Below are positions 9,164 through 18,740 of a stretch of 64,000 nucleotides of DNA, in pieces. The stretch comes from an uncultured virus (IMG/VR IMGVR_UViG_3300033808_000111) (Duplodnaviria > Heunggongvirae > Uroviricota > Caudoviricetes): the IMG/VR virus record IMGVR_UViG_3300033808_000111; one strand, given 5' to 3'. The notes under the pieces were generated by a model. It was not told the DNA's origin, did not search any database, and saw nothing but the letters and a program-made list of their open reading frames with translations. Position 1 is the stretch's first letter. Each line of letters starts with the position of its first letter. The position numbers and the translations under genes were made by a program.

Positions 9164-9538
9164 ATGAATCCGCTCGCCATCATCTTTGCGTTTGTCTTCG
9201 GCGTCGTCGTCGGTGCCTTTGGCGCGTATCGCGCTCTTCTCTTTATGATTGGCGAGTTGCGCCTCGTGTCCTGCATGACGTGTGAAGAGCAAGCGCGCCT
9301 TCACTTGGAAGCCGGTGGTCAAAATCACTGCGACGTCGAGCTGCCGCACGTCCACGGCATACTCGACACGCGGTTCAGCCGCGGTCAGCTCATGCCGCTG
9401 CTCGTCTCGGACGAGGTGCTCGAGATGCTCAAGCCTTTTCCAGAGGCGCGCTTCCAGACGATCCTCGAAGGCATGAAGAAGCTCAAGGACAAAAGACCGA
9501 GCGGCAAGGTCGGCGGCAAGGTCGGCGGCAAGGGCTGA
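9164..9538 (+). CDS. hypothetical protein with N-terminal TM helix
   Basis: hydrophobic N-terminus; RBS GAGG. Confidence 0.6.
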   Translation: MNPLAIIFAFVFGVVVGAFGAYRALLFMIGELRLVSCMTCEEQARLHLEAGGQNHCDVELPHVHGILDTRFSRGQLMPLLVSDEVLEMLKPFPEARFQTILEGMKKLKDKRPSGKVGGKVGGKG

Positions 9539-9543
9539 CGCGA

Positions 9544-10217
9544 GTGGTCTGTCACCGCGATGCTTCAGACTGGGTGAGACCTGAGTGCGTGCTCGAGGAG
9601 GTCGGCGCCGAGCTTGGGATCCATCGGGACGATCTCTCCATTCGGCGCGTGCCCGAGGCCAGCAAGACGATCGCTCAAGAAGTCTACGAGGTGTCGGCTC
9701 TGGGCGGTCAGTGGTGGGTTGTTCTCCGCGACAGGCAGGCCGAGCTGGAAGGCACTGTGCCGAGCTGGAAGGTGCCCTTGTTTTTTGTCGGGAGCGCTGG
9801 AAGGATGCGTACCCCGATCACCTCTTCAAGCGGCTCGCGAAGACGGGCGCCTTCAAGGACAAGAGGTTTATTAGCGAGTTCATGGCCGCGATCGGATCAG
9901 CGCAGCTCCGGTACGCACTCGGATACGCTGAGAACGTCGACGGGCGGCGGTTGCCTCTTGATTGGAACGAAGAGCCTCTCAAGTACTTGCCCGAGATCAA
10001 GCGTTTCTTGAGCGAGGGGCGTCGCGCTTTGACGTACGCGGACCTCGCATGGGAGGCCGTCGGCGGTCGCGCGGCCCGCAGCGAGGTGCTCGATTGGGAT
10101 CGGATCGCGGAGCTGACGGTCGAGCGCCTCGGGCCTGCGGACATCTTCTCTGCCGGTCGCCAGCAGCTCTCGCGCGACACGCCGTCGGGGTTCGTCTATT
10201 TCTTCTGGGAGCCGTGA
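9544..10217 (+). pseudogene. RETPSG family paralog frameshifted by a 20-bp insertion/duplication
   Basis: N-half (VLEEVGAELG) in the frame of 9544, C-half (RDTPSGFVYF) in the frame of 9585; 14-bp direct repeat at 9739-9752 and 9759-9772. Confidence 0.8.
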
Positions 10218-10852
10218 TGGTACGAGACTTCTCGGACCGCGAGTGGGTGAAGCTCGAGATCGCGGCCGAGCTTGGGATTCGGCCAGACGTGCTCGAGATC
10301 ACGCCGAGCTTCGTCGCCGCTGCCAGAGGAGGCGAGATCCGTCGCTTTTACATCGTCGACGTTCGCCCCCGTGGCAGCCGCGCCTTTTCCATTTACGTGG
10401 TGGCCAACGCGTCGGAAGCTCGTGGTATCGCCAAGGACGCCGCTATGGACGATGTCCTGGGCTCACCGAGTCACTTCAGTCCGAAGTTCTGGCAGAAGCT
10501 TGCGCCAGGCAGCCCGAGCGCTGTGACCTTCAAAGAGGCGATGCGCCGCGAGCTTCAGCATCAGAACTACACGCGCACGCCTGCGCATCTCGTGGCGCGC
10601 GGGGAAGTTGCGGATTGGGTCGAGCGGGAGACCAAGCGACAGCTCTCGTCCCTCTCTGACGCTGTCGAGTGGATCGAGAGCGTGGGCGGCGCGCGCCGCT
10701 GGCGGACGGTGCTCGAGGATGCGGGCATCGGCTGGAACACGGCGGCCGATGCTGCGCTCGAGCAGAATGGCGTCGAGCACTACCTTCCGCGTATCATCGG
10801 GAGCGTGCGCGAGACTCCGTCGGGTTTCGCGTACTGGGAAGTCGAGCGATGA
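10217..10852 (+). CDS. RETPSG family paralog
   Basis: MVRDFSDREWVKLEIAAELGIRP..RETPSGFAYW; TGATG coupling. Confidence 0.85.
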   Translation: MVRDFSDREWVKLEIAAELGIRPDVLEITPSFVAAARGGEIRRFYIVDVRPRGSRAFSIYVVANASEARGIAKDAAMDDVLGSPSHFSPKFWQKLAPGSPSAVTFKEAMRRELQHQNYTRTPAHLVARGEVADWVERETKRQLSSLSDAVEWIESVGGARRWRTVLEDAGIGWNTAADAALEQNGVEHYLPRIIGSVRETPSGFAYWEVER

Positions 10853-11091
10853 CCTCTTTGGACGATCAAGCTGTGTCGGTCGAGGTGACGGAGAAGCACT
10901 GCGTGTCCTGCGATGTGCTCCTGCCGCTCGATGAGTTCGGGTTAAAGCAAACCTCGACCGACGGTCACAAGTCGACGTGTAAGGCGTGTGACAAGACGCT
11001 CAAGGAGGGCGGCGAGATCGAGAGCGCTCGCAAGCCGTACGTCTACAAGGGCGTGCGCGGTGGGCCGCTCATCGCGGGGTACATTCGATGA
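10849..11091 (+). CDS. zinc-finger protein (CxxC..F..DG..CKxC, like HNH/EndoVII N-terminal fingers)
   Basis: CVSCDVLLPLDEF..DGHKSTCKAC. Confidence 0.65.
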   Translation: MTSLDDQAVSVEVTEKHCVSCDVLLPLDEFGLKQTSTDGHKSTCKACDKTLKEGGEIESARKPYVYKGVRGGPLIAGYIR

Positions 11092-11450
11092 CGCCCGAAG
11101 AGTTCAGCGAGGAGTTCGTCGACGACAAGAGGCGGGCGAGGGAGCACGCCGAGGTACTGAGCGACCTCTTGAAAGAAGCCGGCTTCGAGGTTTTCATTCG
11201 CGACATCGCTGGTCATCGTACCGTTTCTCTCTACGTGGCTGGCGGCGGCGGCGACGAGGTGTTCGTGCATCCTGATGCTTCGATCTTCTTTTCGCTTGGA
11301 CAGCGTGGCCTCGTGCGCGGTGTAGACAAGGTCCTCGTGAAGGCGGGCCTCGGGGACTACATCCACTACGAGCGTTTCCCGTGGCACGCGCGGGCGTTCG
11401 GTGTCGGTGGTCGTCGTTCCAAAGAGAAGGGGAAAATTGAAGAAGGATGA
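11088..11450 (+). CDS. AEVLAD-domain family paralog
   Basis: REHAEVLSDLLKEAGF..KAGLGDYI. Confidence 0.8.
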   Translation: MTPEEFSEEFVDDKRRAREHAEVLSDLLKEAGFEVFIRDIAGHRTVSLYVAGGGGDEVFVHPDASIFFSLGQRGLVRGVDKVLVKAGLGDYIHYERFPWHARAFGVGGRRSKEKGKIEEG

Positions 11451-11784
11451 GGAGCTTGCCCGTGTTCTCGAGGACCTCTTCCTCGAACGCGGATGGTCCG
11501 TGAGGCGCTTGCGCGTCGCAGGTGAGCCTCGGCTATATTGGGCTCTCGACGTCTTTCCTCCTCTCAGCACAGTCACTTCAGGTGGTGCGTGGATCTCTGT
11601 CTATGAAGACGGAGTCGTAATCGATGGTTTCGACAAAGCGAGGGTCGCGAAGCTCCTCGACGAGGTCTTCGGTTCAGAGTCGAAGATACGTCGGCCGTCT
11701 TTAGCCGAGCAGCGCTTGGCTTCTGGTAAGACTAGGACGCTGACCGAGGCGCTCAGCGTTGAAGGCCGCGCGAGGCGAAGGTAA
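11437..11784 (+). CDS. AEVLAD-domain family paralog
   Basis: ELARVLEDLFLERGW..EDGVVI; start uncertain (TTG). Confidence 0.7.
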   Translation: MKKDEELARVLEDLFLERGWSVRRLRVAGEPRLYWALDVFPPLSTVTSGGAWISVYEDGVVIDGFDKARVAKLLDEVFGSESKIRRPSLAEQRLASGKTRTLTEALSVEGRARRR

Positions 11785-11787
11785 GGT

Positions 11788-12042
11788 GTGAGGGTGCTGC
11801 GCGTTTCGATCGAGCTGATCCCGAAGGGCAACCCGGCGAAGAAGAAGACCATCGCCGTGCTCGAGATCGAGAACGTGACGAACCTAACGGACATTTCGGA
11901 CTACAAGGTCGCGGCCTTCGGCGAGAGCCCGCGGGTCCGCCGTAAGGCTACAGTGCGCGGGCACGAGAGAAGAAGATGGGGGCCCTGGAAGCTCGTGGAC
12001 CGGGCGATCCGCGCGCTCAACCTCGACTTGGAGAGCGAGTGA
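11788..12042 (+). CDS. hypothetical protein
   Basis: LRVSIELIP.G..IEN..SDY..WKLV.RAI. Confidence 0.65.
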   Translation: MRVLRVSIELIPKGNPAKKKTIAVLEIENVTNLTDISDYKVAAFGESPRVRRKATVRGHERRRWGPWKLVDRAIRALNLDLESE

Positions 12043-12320
12043 TGACGAAGTCGACGGTCCTCGAGGTCATGTGCGAGGCTTGTGGTCGGCGGCAGCTACG
12101 GTTCTCGCAGCGGATGCCGCAAGGGCTCACGTCCGGCGAGCTACGGATGATCGGCTGGGAGGAGCTTTCGGAAGACGGCGACCGGCCCGAGGGCGCGCGT
12201 CGGTGGCTCTGCCCGATGCATTCGGCGGGCGGCCGGAAGAAGCTCGCTGCGGTCGCCTCTGCGGCGAGACAAGACGTATTTAGTGGCGCGAGCATAGGAC
12301 GTAAGAAGCAGAGAGCATGA
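12042..12320 (+). CDS. hypothetical zinc-ribbon protein
   Basis: CEACG..GW..WLCPMH. Confidence 0.6.
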   Translation: MTKSTVLEVMCEACGRRQLRFSQRMPQGLTSGELRMIGWEELSEDGDRPEGARRWLCPMHSAGGRKKLAAVASAARQDVFSGASIGRKKQRA

Positions 12321-12580
12321 CCCCGCACAAGGTTTGCCGCGCGCTCCAGCAGCGCTTGAACTTATTCTTCGAGGACGACCCGAGCGTCGAGGTCGGCAAG
12401 GTCCGGCGAAGTTCGCTCGTGCAGGACGGGTTCTTCTTCCACGTGATCGTACTCGGTCACGACGGTGACGCGAATGGAGCGCGCCGTACGACTGTGCACT
12501 GCTCGCCAGGGCGCACAGTGGTCGAGGGGCCCGACGAGCAATCGATCGGCGCGGTGCTTCGCTCGGGTGCACTCGTGTAG
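12317..12580 (+). CDS. hypothetical protein
   Basis: ATGA overlap with previous gene. Confidence 0.55.
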   Translation: MTPHKVCRALQQRLNLFFEDDPSVEVGKVRRSSLVQDGFFFHVIVLGHDGDANGARRTTVHCSPGRTVVEGPDEQSIGAVLRSGALV

Positions 12581-12592
12581 TAGCCTTGGGTC

Positions 12593-12961
12593 ATGGGACT
12601 CATACCGGACGATCCGGCGTTCGACGCCGAGCTTGCTCACGCGACTGACTCAGCCCGCGCGGAACTTGCTCAGACGACGCTGCCGGACGTGCAGAGGCAG
12701 ACGGCGATCACGTGGCTCGGGCGCTGCCTCGTGGCTTACGAGAATTTTTCTCACACACGCAGCATTGACGTGCTTCTCGACGCCGAGGAGTACGGGTCGG
12801 AGGCCTGCGAGCACGCTGCCCTCTCGTTCGACGCGACGCTCTGCTCGCGCGTAGGGAACATCTTTCTGTCGACGAGACAGAGGGCGCTCGTGAGCGCGGG
12901 GCTCGTCACTTCGCCTCGCCTCAATCCTCGCACCGGCTTCGTTCCACGATCGCGGTGGTGA
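12593..12961 (+). CDS. hypothetical protein
   Basis: TAGCCT box 6 nt upstream of ATG. Confidence 0.6.
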   Translation: MGLIPDDPAFDAELAHATDSARAELAQTTLPDVQRQTAITWLGRCLVAYENFSHTRSIDVLLDAEEYGSEACEHAALSFDATLCSRVGNIFLSTRQRALVSAGLVTSPRLNPRTGFVPRSRW

Positions 12962-12965
12962 GGAC

Positions 12966-13610
12966 GTGTCGCGAGCAAAGGAGCTGGCGGCTGTCTTGGA
13001 GGACGCGCTCCTCGAGGCGGGGTTCCGGATTCAGATCGCGCGGGCGCCCGATGGCTACTTGATCCGGCTGTTCGAGCCGGAGACGCGCGACCAGATCGCC
13101 GCGCTGCGTACGTTCGATGACGGGGGCGTGCAGCTCGACAGCTACAGGGACTCGGGCGAAGCATTTCGGATCTTGAAGAGGCTTGGGCTCGATAAGCTCA
13201 TCGAGGAGCGTTCGGCGCCGCGCACCGTTCCGGGGATGGCTGCGGGGCGCGTTCCTTATTCTCCCGAGGCGTCGCGCGCGAAGTACTATCTTCGGAATCT
13301 GCCGAACTGGAAGAGAGGCGATCCCACGACCGACTATCCGGGGCGCTTTATCGTCTACGTGAACGGCAAGCACGTCGATGATTTCACGGATCAAGCCGAT
13401 GCCATCCGGGCGGCGAAGAAGATCTGGGACGACCCAGCGACCGTTCGTCTCAAGCCTCCGCCTTGGAGGGAACACGAAGGGCCGCTAGAGCCCGAGGTCT
13501 CGGTGTGCTGGTTCGCGTCCGACGACGATCCGCGAGTCGGTTCGTTTTGGTTCACGGGTTTCTACCAGCTCGGCAAGATCGACCATTTTGGTCGGTTCGT
13601 TGGGTCGTGA
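12966..13610 (+). CDS. AEVLAD-domain paralog plus C-terminal cargo domain
   Basis: ELAAVLEDALLEAGF..DDGGV..KRLGLDKLI then unrelated C-half. Confidence 0.8.
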   Translation: MSRAKELAAVLEDALLEAGFRIQIARAPDGYLIRLFEPETRDQIAALRTFDDGGVQLDSYRDSGEAFRILKRLGLDKLIEERSAPRTVPGMAAGRVPYSPEASRAKYYLRNLPNWKRGDPTTDYPGRFIVYVNGKHVDDFTDQADAIRAAKKIWDDPATVRLKPPPWREHEGPLEPEVSVCWFASDDDPRVGSFWFTGFYQLGKIDHFGRFVGS

Positions 13611-13639
13611 TGATGTAGAGGAGGGAGAAGCGAAGGGCG

Positions 13640-14599
13640 ATGGCGAGTGTTGTAGAGGAGACGAGGGACGCTGAGCAGTGGTGCCACGTCATCGCTGACG
13701 CGCTCATGGATGAGCACTTCGAAGTAATCTCGCGTGGGATGCGAATGGGGCACTGCTTTCTTCAGGTCGAGGAGCGTGAGACGCCTCGCGGTCGCGCGAC
13801 GCTCATCGTCGACGACGACGGTTTCATCGAGATCACCGAGGTGGGCGGCGGGGGTGCCGAGAAGGTCAGGGCTGCCCTCGAGCGGCGCGGGCTCGGTGAG
13901 AACCTCATGGCCGGCGAGCCTCGCGGGTTCGACTTCGAAGAAGAGGAAGCCGTTCTGCTCGAGATGTCGAAGGAACTGGAGGTTTCGATGGACGATCTCG
14001 AGATCGCCCACTCGAGCCTCGAGCGCATGAGCGGCGGCACGCTTTGGGAGGTCACGCTCGGCAACCAGGAGTGGGAAGTCGCGCGCGATTACGACCAGGC
14101 ACGCGACTTGGCCATCGCTATGGTCGAGCAGGACCTCGAGACCGATCCCGAGATCTTCAGCCGCGATTTCCTCGCGAGGCACATCGACGAAGATCGTCTG
14201 CGTCGCGAGCTTTATTCCGACGTCCTCAACATGAGGGAAGAGGACCTCAGGGACGAAGCAGAACGTCGTCCTGACGATTTCTGGCGCCACTACGAACGCG
14301 CGGGCTTCGATGCTCCCGAAGAAGACGAAGAAGGCAACCGGCGCGACCCCGAAGACAGCGAGATCGAGGAGCTTGCCGAGCACGAGACAGACGAAGAGCT
14401 GCGCGACCCGATGCAATACCTCGAGAACATCTACGGCCGAGAAGATGCCGTGGCGCAGGCGCTCGAGATCGCTCCCATCAACACGCGTGAAGCTGCCGAA
14501 GACGTCGTGCGAGGCGACGGGCCCGGGCAACGTCTCTCGGGTTACGACGGTGAGCTTCACGAGACGCCGGTGGGGTGGCAGTACTGGAGAACGAATTGA
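13640..14599 (+). CDS. fusion of AEVLAD domain and acidic RETPSG-family domain
   Basis: WCHVIADALMDEHF..DDGFI..RRGLGENL then DFEEEEAVLLEMSKEL..HETPVGWQYW. Confidence 0.85.
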   Translation: MASVVEETRDAEQWCHVIADALMDEHFEVISRGMRMGHCFLQVEERETPRGRATLIVDDDGFIEITEVGGGGAEKVRAALERRGLGENLMAGEPRGFDFEEEEAVLLEMSKELEVSMDDLEIAHSSLERMSGGTLWEVTLGNQEWEVARDYDQARDLAIAMVEQDLETDPEIFSRDFLARHIDEDRLRRELYSDVLNMREEDLRDEAERRPDDFWRHYERAGFDAPEEDEEGNRRDPEDSEIEELAEHETDEELRDPMQYLENIYGREDAVAQALEIAPINTREAAEDVVRGDGPGQRLSGYDGELHETPVGWQYWRTN

Positions 14600-14970
14600 C
14601 CATCGAGGCTACTGTCATCAAAGTCCTGGACTTTCGCACTTATGAGCGCGTCACGATGGGCATTCTGCGCGTGTCGGAGAGCGGCGTGATCGCGGACCTC
14701 GTTCGGGCGGAGAACCCAGACCCGCGGATAACGGCGCGCGACTGGATGGCTGCGCGCGCCCTCATGCACCGGCTGCAAGACGCGGTGATGTCCCATGAGA
14801 GCGCGCAGCGCGCTCAATGTTCCTTCGGCGGAGCGGCTCCGGCGCAAAGTGCCGGGGCTGGGCCCCACGGAGGGAATCCGACGAGGGCGTCAGCCGCGGA
14901 TGGCCGAGCAGGTTTCAGCCTCAAGGCGTTCAACGGCTTGGGAGCCAACGAGGTTCGGCTCGATGTCTGA
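14596..14970 (+). CDS. hypothetical protein containing an in-frame family C repeat
   Basis: TTGA overlap; SAGAGPHGGNPTRA insert. Confidence 0.5.
   Translation: MTIEATVIKVLDFRTYERVTMGILRVSESGVIADLVRAENPDPRITARDWMAARALMHRLQDAVMSHESAQRAQCSFGGAAPAQSAGAGPHGGNPTRASAADGRAGFSLKAFNGLGANEVRLDV
14842..14889 (+). repeat. repeat family C (GCTGGGCCCCACGGAGGGAATCCGACGAGGGCG)
   Basis: also at 28768-28817 and tandem at 45642-45744. Confidence 0.85.
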
Positions 14971-15113
14971 AGTCTCGTATCGGCATCGTTACGTTTTGCG
15001 TCGACTCGTGCAGCTGCCAGGTCGGCTGCTGCTTGGGCCTGTTTGGCGCTGGATTCTGACTCGCTGACTGACGCAGTTGCGCGAAGTTGCGCGAAGTTGT
15101 AGTTTGCCTGGAT

Positions 15114-15154
15114 GCCCTCCTCGCTCCTCACGTCGCTCACTGGGGCCCAGCCCG
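15114..15154 (-). repeat. repeat family D variant (minus strand)
   Basis: reverse complement CGGGCTGGGCCCCAGTGAGCG..GAGCGAGGAGGGC. Confidence 0.6.
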
Positions 15155-15178
15155 TCACCTCGCCGGAGGCTCGGTAAC

Positions 15179-15940
15179 ATGCGTCCGATCGCCTCTGGCA
15201 CCATCTCCTTCGGTCTCGTCGCGCTCCCGTTCCGGCTCTACGTCGCCGCGCTCGCGGAGGACCTCGAGTTCAACCTAGTCCACGACGCGTGCGGCTCGCG
15301 CCTGCGGCAGAAGTACGTCTGTCCCGAGTGCGGAGCTGAAGTCCCGCGCGAGCACCAGTGCAGGGGGCTCGAGGTCGAGCGCGGAGGCTACGTGAAGTTC
15401 ACGGAGGAAGAGCTTTCGAAGCTCGACTCGCCGCGCACCGGGATGATCGAGGTCTCGGAGTTCGTACTCGACAGCGCGCTCTCGCCCGAGATCGTCGAAA
15501 AGACGTACTACATCGGGCCGGACAAGGGCGGCGACAAGGCGCAGCACCTCTTGGCGACCGCGATGCGCAATCGCCGGAGGGTCGCGATAGGACGATACTT
15601 CACCCGCGGTCGAACGCAGCTCGTCGCGCTCGAGCCGCACCCGGTGGAGGATCTCATCTACTGCCACTATCTTTTTTTCGGGACCGAGATCCGGTCGTAC
15701 GAAGAGGCGCTGCCCGCGAAGACCTCGCTCAAGACCGTCGAGGTCGAGCTGGCCGAGAAGCTCGTCGACAAACTCTCCGTCCCGAATCTGCGCCTGTCCA
15801 AATACAAGGACGACCGGAAGGAGCGCATCGCGCGCGCTGCCGCCGAGAAGGCTGCTGGGCGCGAGCTTGTGGTCGAGACGTCGGCGCCCGAGCCCACGAT
15901 CCTCGACGTCTTCGAGGCGCTCAAGCGGAGCCTCCAGTGA
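15179..15940 (+). CDS. ku: Ku DNA end-binding protein
   Basis: MRPIASGTISFGLVALP..LY.A..RG.E....YV..TEEEL..IEVSEFV..KTYY.GP; RBS GGAGG. Confidence 0.93.
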   Translation: MRPIASGTISFGLVALPFRLYVAALAEDLEFNLVHDACGSRLRQKYVCPECGAEVPREHQCRGLEVERGGYVKFTEEELSKLDSPRTGMIEVSEFVLDSALSPEIVEKTYYIGPDKGGDKAQHLLATAMRNRRRVAIGRYFTRGRTQLVALEPHPVEDLIYCHYLFFGTEIRSYEEALPAKTSLKTVEVELAEKLVDKLSVPNLRLSKYKDDRKERIARAAAEKAAGRELVVETSAPEPTILDVFEALKRSLQ

Positions 15941-16428
15941 CGCCTGAGAAGATGAAACGCCTCCTCGAGCTGCGGAAGAAAGAGGAGACCGATGACGGGC
16001 TCTCGAGCGAAGAAGACCGCGCGTACGGCAACCTTCTCGACGAGCGCCGCACCGAGCAGATCCTCAGCATCCCGCACCCGACGTGCTGCGAAGCGATCCA
16101 GAAGTACCCGGCGGTCGCTTTCTGGATCGACTCCTATTTCAGCGGGCTCGCCTACAGCGAAGCTCCGGGCCGTTGGCGCGCGGCGCTTCATGAAGAGCGC
16201 GCGGAGTACCTGAGGCTCAGACATGGCGCCGAGCCCGCGCCCGACGCAAAGTTCTGCCCGTTCTGCGCGGCGGCGCTGCCCGCGATGCGTCGCAAGGTCC
16301 CCGCGCCCGAGGGCATCTGCCGCCCAGACGACGGCGGCGACCACTGTCTTCGGTGCGGAGAGAGGCTCATCAACTGCTTGTGCGACCGGCCGGAGACGGC
16401 GTTCGAGTCCTCATCATTGGTGTCATGA
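15937..16428 (+). CDS. Cys-rich hypothetical protein
   Basis: CCEA..FCPFC..CLRCGERL..CLC; GTGA overlap. Confidence 0.65.
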   Translation: MTPEKMKRLLELRKKEETDDGLSSEEDRAYGNLLDERRTEQILSIPHPTCCEAIQKYPAVAFWIDSYFSGLAYSEAPGRWRAALHEERAEYLRLRHGAEPAPDAKFCPFCAAALPAMRRKVPAPEGICRPDDGGDHCLRCGERLINCLCDRPETAFESSSLVS

Positions 16429-16621
16429 GCCCGCCGCACATCCCTTGCATCCTCTGCGCCGCGAAGGTGTACCACGCCGAGCCGGTGGCACTCGCGATGG
16501 CTGTCATGCTCCGCACCCACGAGGACGGCCGCGACAACGTCATCGCGAAGATGTGCCCGAAGCACCGCGAACTCACCGAGAAGACCATCGCTCTCGGCGT
16601 GAAGGAGGGAGCAGTAGCATC

Positions 16622-16936
16622 ATGACGTTCGGGTTCATCGTTTTCGGATTCGTCTCGCTCTCGATCTGCATGATGGCGCTGGCGGCTTCGGCGCGTGGCG
16701 TATTCAAGTCGCAGAGCGAGGCGCTCGCGGCCCAGAGCAAGGCGCTCGAGGCGCAAGTGAAGGCCATCAATGCTTCCAATGATCTCGTTCTTGCGCTTAA
16801 GCGCGAGATCCGTCTCCAGGGCGACGAGATAGCGGCGCTCGGCAAGTACATGGAGACCGTCGACGCGCTCGCGGTTTCCTCGGCTGATCTCGCGAAGGCC
16901 ATCGACGAGCGCCTGCGCGCGAAGGAGCGGAACTGA
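16622..16936 (+). CDS. TM plus coiled-coil protein
   Basis: MTFGFIVFGFVSL.. followed by heptad-rich helix. Confidence 0.55.
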   Translation: MTFGFIVFGFVSLSICMMALAASARGVFKSQSEALAAQSKALEAQVKAINASNDLVLALKREIRLQGDEIAALGKYMETVDALAVSSADLAKAIDERLRAKERN

Positions 16937-17493
16937 TGCGACCTCTCACGATCATCGTTGCGATGACCCCGAAGGGCGTCATCGGCAAGGGCGGCAAAAT
17001 TCCTTGGCACTACTCCGAGGATCTCAAACGCTTCAAGGCGCTCACGACGGGGCACGCCATCATCATGGGCCGCAGAACCTTCGAGTCGATCGGCAAGCCG
17101 CTCCCGAATCGGCAGAACATAGTCGTGTCGCGCCAAGCGAGCGGGTCGCTCGAGCTGCCGCAGTCGGTCATCACCGGGACGGGCTTCGCGGTGAAGAACA
17201 CGTTCGAGGCGGCGCTAGCCACTGCCTACGACAACGACGCTTCGCCGTTCGTCATCGGCGGTGCCGAGATCTACAAGCTCGCGCTGCCGCTCGCTACGCG
17301 CGCCGAAGTGACGCTCATCCACGAGCAGGACGTTTCCGGCGATGACGTTGTCTATTTTCCGGAAGGCGACGCGGTCTCTCCGGAGGGCGCGCCTCTCTCG
17401 CCGAGGACCTGGGGCCAGTGGCGTCTCGCGAAGTGTCAGGCCGGAGAGGCTTGGGAAGTCGAGTACCTCACCTTCGAGAGAAGGGAGAGGTGA
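16936..17493 (+). CDS. folA: dihydrofolate reductase
   Basis: IVA..VIGK.GKIPW..EDLKRFK..T.GH.IIMGRRTFESIGKPLPNRQNIVVSR..VIGGAEIY. Confidence 0.96.
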   Translation: MRPLTIIVAMTPKGVIGKGGKIPWHYSEDLKRFKALTTGHAIIMGRRTFESIGKPLPNRQNIVVSRQASGSLELPQSVITGTGFAVKNTFEAALATAYDNDASPFVIGGAEIYKLALPLATRAEVTLIHEQDVSGDDVVYFPEGDAVSPEGAPLSPRTWGQWRLAKCQAGEAWEVEYLTFERRER

Positions 17494-17528
17494 TGACGAT
17501 GACAATGATGCCAAAGGACGCAGTCCGT

Positions 17529-17563
17529 AGGCCGGGCCCCGGCGAGCGTGAGCGAGCAGGGTC
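17529..17563 (+). repeat. repeat family D (GGCCGGGYCCCRGCGAGCGTGAGCGAGCAGGG), in frame in ORF 17493-17735
   Basis: also at 28220, 29463 and 52694 (x2). Confidence 0.85.
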
Positions 17564-18161
17564 GAAGAAAAAGAAGTCCAAGGCGGCGCCACCCGTAGAG
17601 CGCGTGCGACCGCTGTCCGACGCCGAGAAGGCTGAGATGCAAGCGCTGCTCGAACGCGACCGGCGTTTCGAGGAGCACGAAAAGAAGTTCGGAGACACTG
17701 CGCGGATGAAGCAGCGCATGGGGATCTCGACGTGATCGCGCTCAAGATCGATCCGAAACGCACGTCGCTGGCCGAGAGCGGCATCTACGTGAGAGCGCAA
17801 GATCAGACAGGTGAGTGGGGGAGCCACGACATCGCGCACCTCGATCGAGAGAGTCTGCTCCTGTGGATGAGGCTTCGTGGGTGTGAGCAAGACACGGTAC
17901 TCGCGTTGCTGGGTCACGAAAGCTCGCGAGTCGTACGTCTGCGGGGCGTTGGTCCGTGGGCGTTTCCGGTACAAGAACAAGAGGAGCAAGAGTGATGAGT
18001 CAGTGCGGAGACTTGTACCGACCAAAGAAGAAGAGCCGCGGCGCATTCAGCTACGTCTTTTGCCTCAAGGAGAAGGACCACGAGGGCGATCACCGTGGCA
18101 CCGGCAAACAGTGGAAGCGAGACGGGACGCGCGTCGTTCCGCCGACCGAGCCTTTGCCGCG

Positions 18162-18740
18162 ATGACTCTCGTGGAACACCGCGCGTGTCCGTGCCTGCAC
18201 ACGACGCCGTGTGACCCGCGCTGCACGTGCGTGAACGGTTTCAGCAGCAGCGGGTGTCGTCGATGTTGCTCCTACGGCTCTCCCGAACAGCAGCTGAAGG
18301 CGGCCGAGCACCTCGCGTCGCTCATAGATCGTCCTCTAGTTCGCGTCGGCGTTGCAGTGCTCCTCCGCCAGGGCAGCGCCGTGCTCATGGGCTTGCGCAA
18401 GGGGAGCCACGGCGCTGGCACGTGGTCCTTTCCGGGTGGGCACCTCGAGCCTGGCGAGACCGTCATCGAGTGCGCAGCGCGCGAGCTTCGTGAGGAGACG
18501 GGCATCGCGCTCGATCCGCACGACTTTCGGAAGGTCACGTTCACGAACGATGTCTTTGAGGCCGAGGGGCGTCATTACGTGACGCTCTACATGGAGACTT
18601 CGAGAGGAGCCGGGCTCGCAAAGCCAAAGGTCCTCGAACCCGACAAGTGTGCCGAGTGGCGCTGGTGGAGCGAGCCGCCCAGCGATCTTTTCTTGCCCAT
18701 CCGGAATCTGCTTGCTGACGGCTTCGAGATTTGGCGATGA
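18162..18740 (+). CDS. NUDIX hydrolase (NUDT15-like) with Cys-rich N-terminal extension
   Basis: RVGV..LMG.RKGSHGAGTW.FPGGHLE.GE...ECA.REL.EETG..HYVT..EPDKC..W.W. Confidence 0.92.
   Translation: MTLVEHRACPCLHTTPCDPRCTCVNGFSSSGCRRCCSYGSPEQQLKAAEHLASLIDRPLVRVGVAVLLRQGSAVLMGLRKGSHGAGTWSFPGGHLEPGETVIECAARELREETGIALDPHDFRKVTFTNDVFEAEGRHYVTLYMETSRGAGLAKPKVLEPDKCAEWRWWSEPPSDLFLPIRNLLADGFEIWR

Noticed and set aside
9781..9786. T6 run as programmed frameshift or slippage site
   Set aside because: Not a canonical XXXYYYZ heptamer in frame; the adjacent 20-bp duplication explains the shift better.
12317..12580. Possible distant AEVLAD-family member
   Set aside because: Lacks the VLxD..G motif; not counted.
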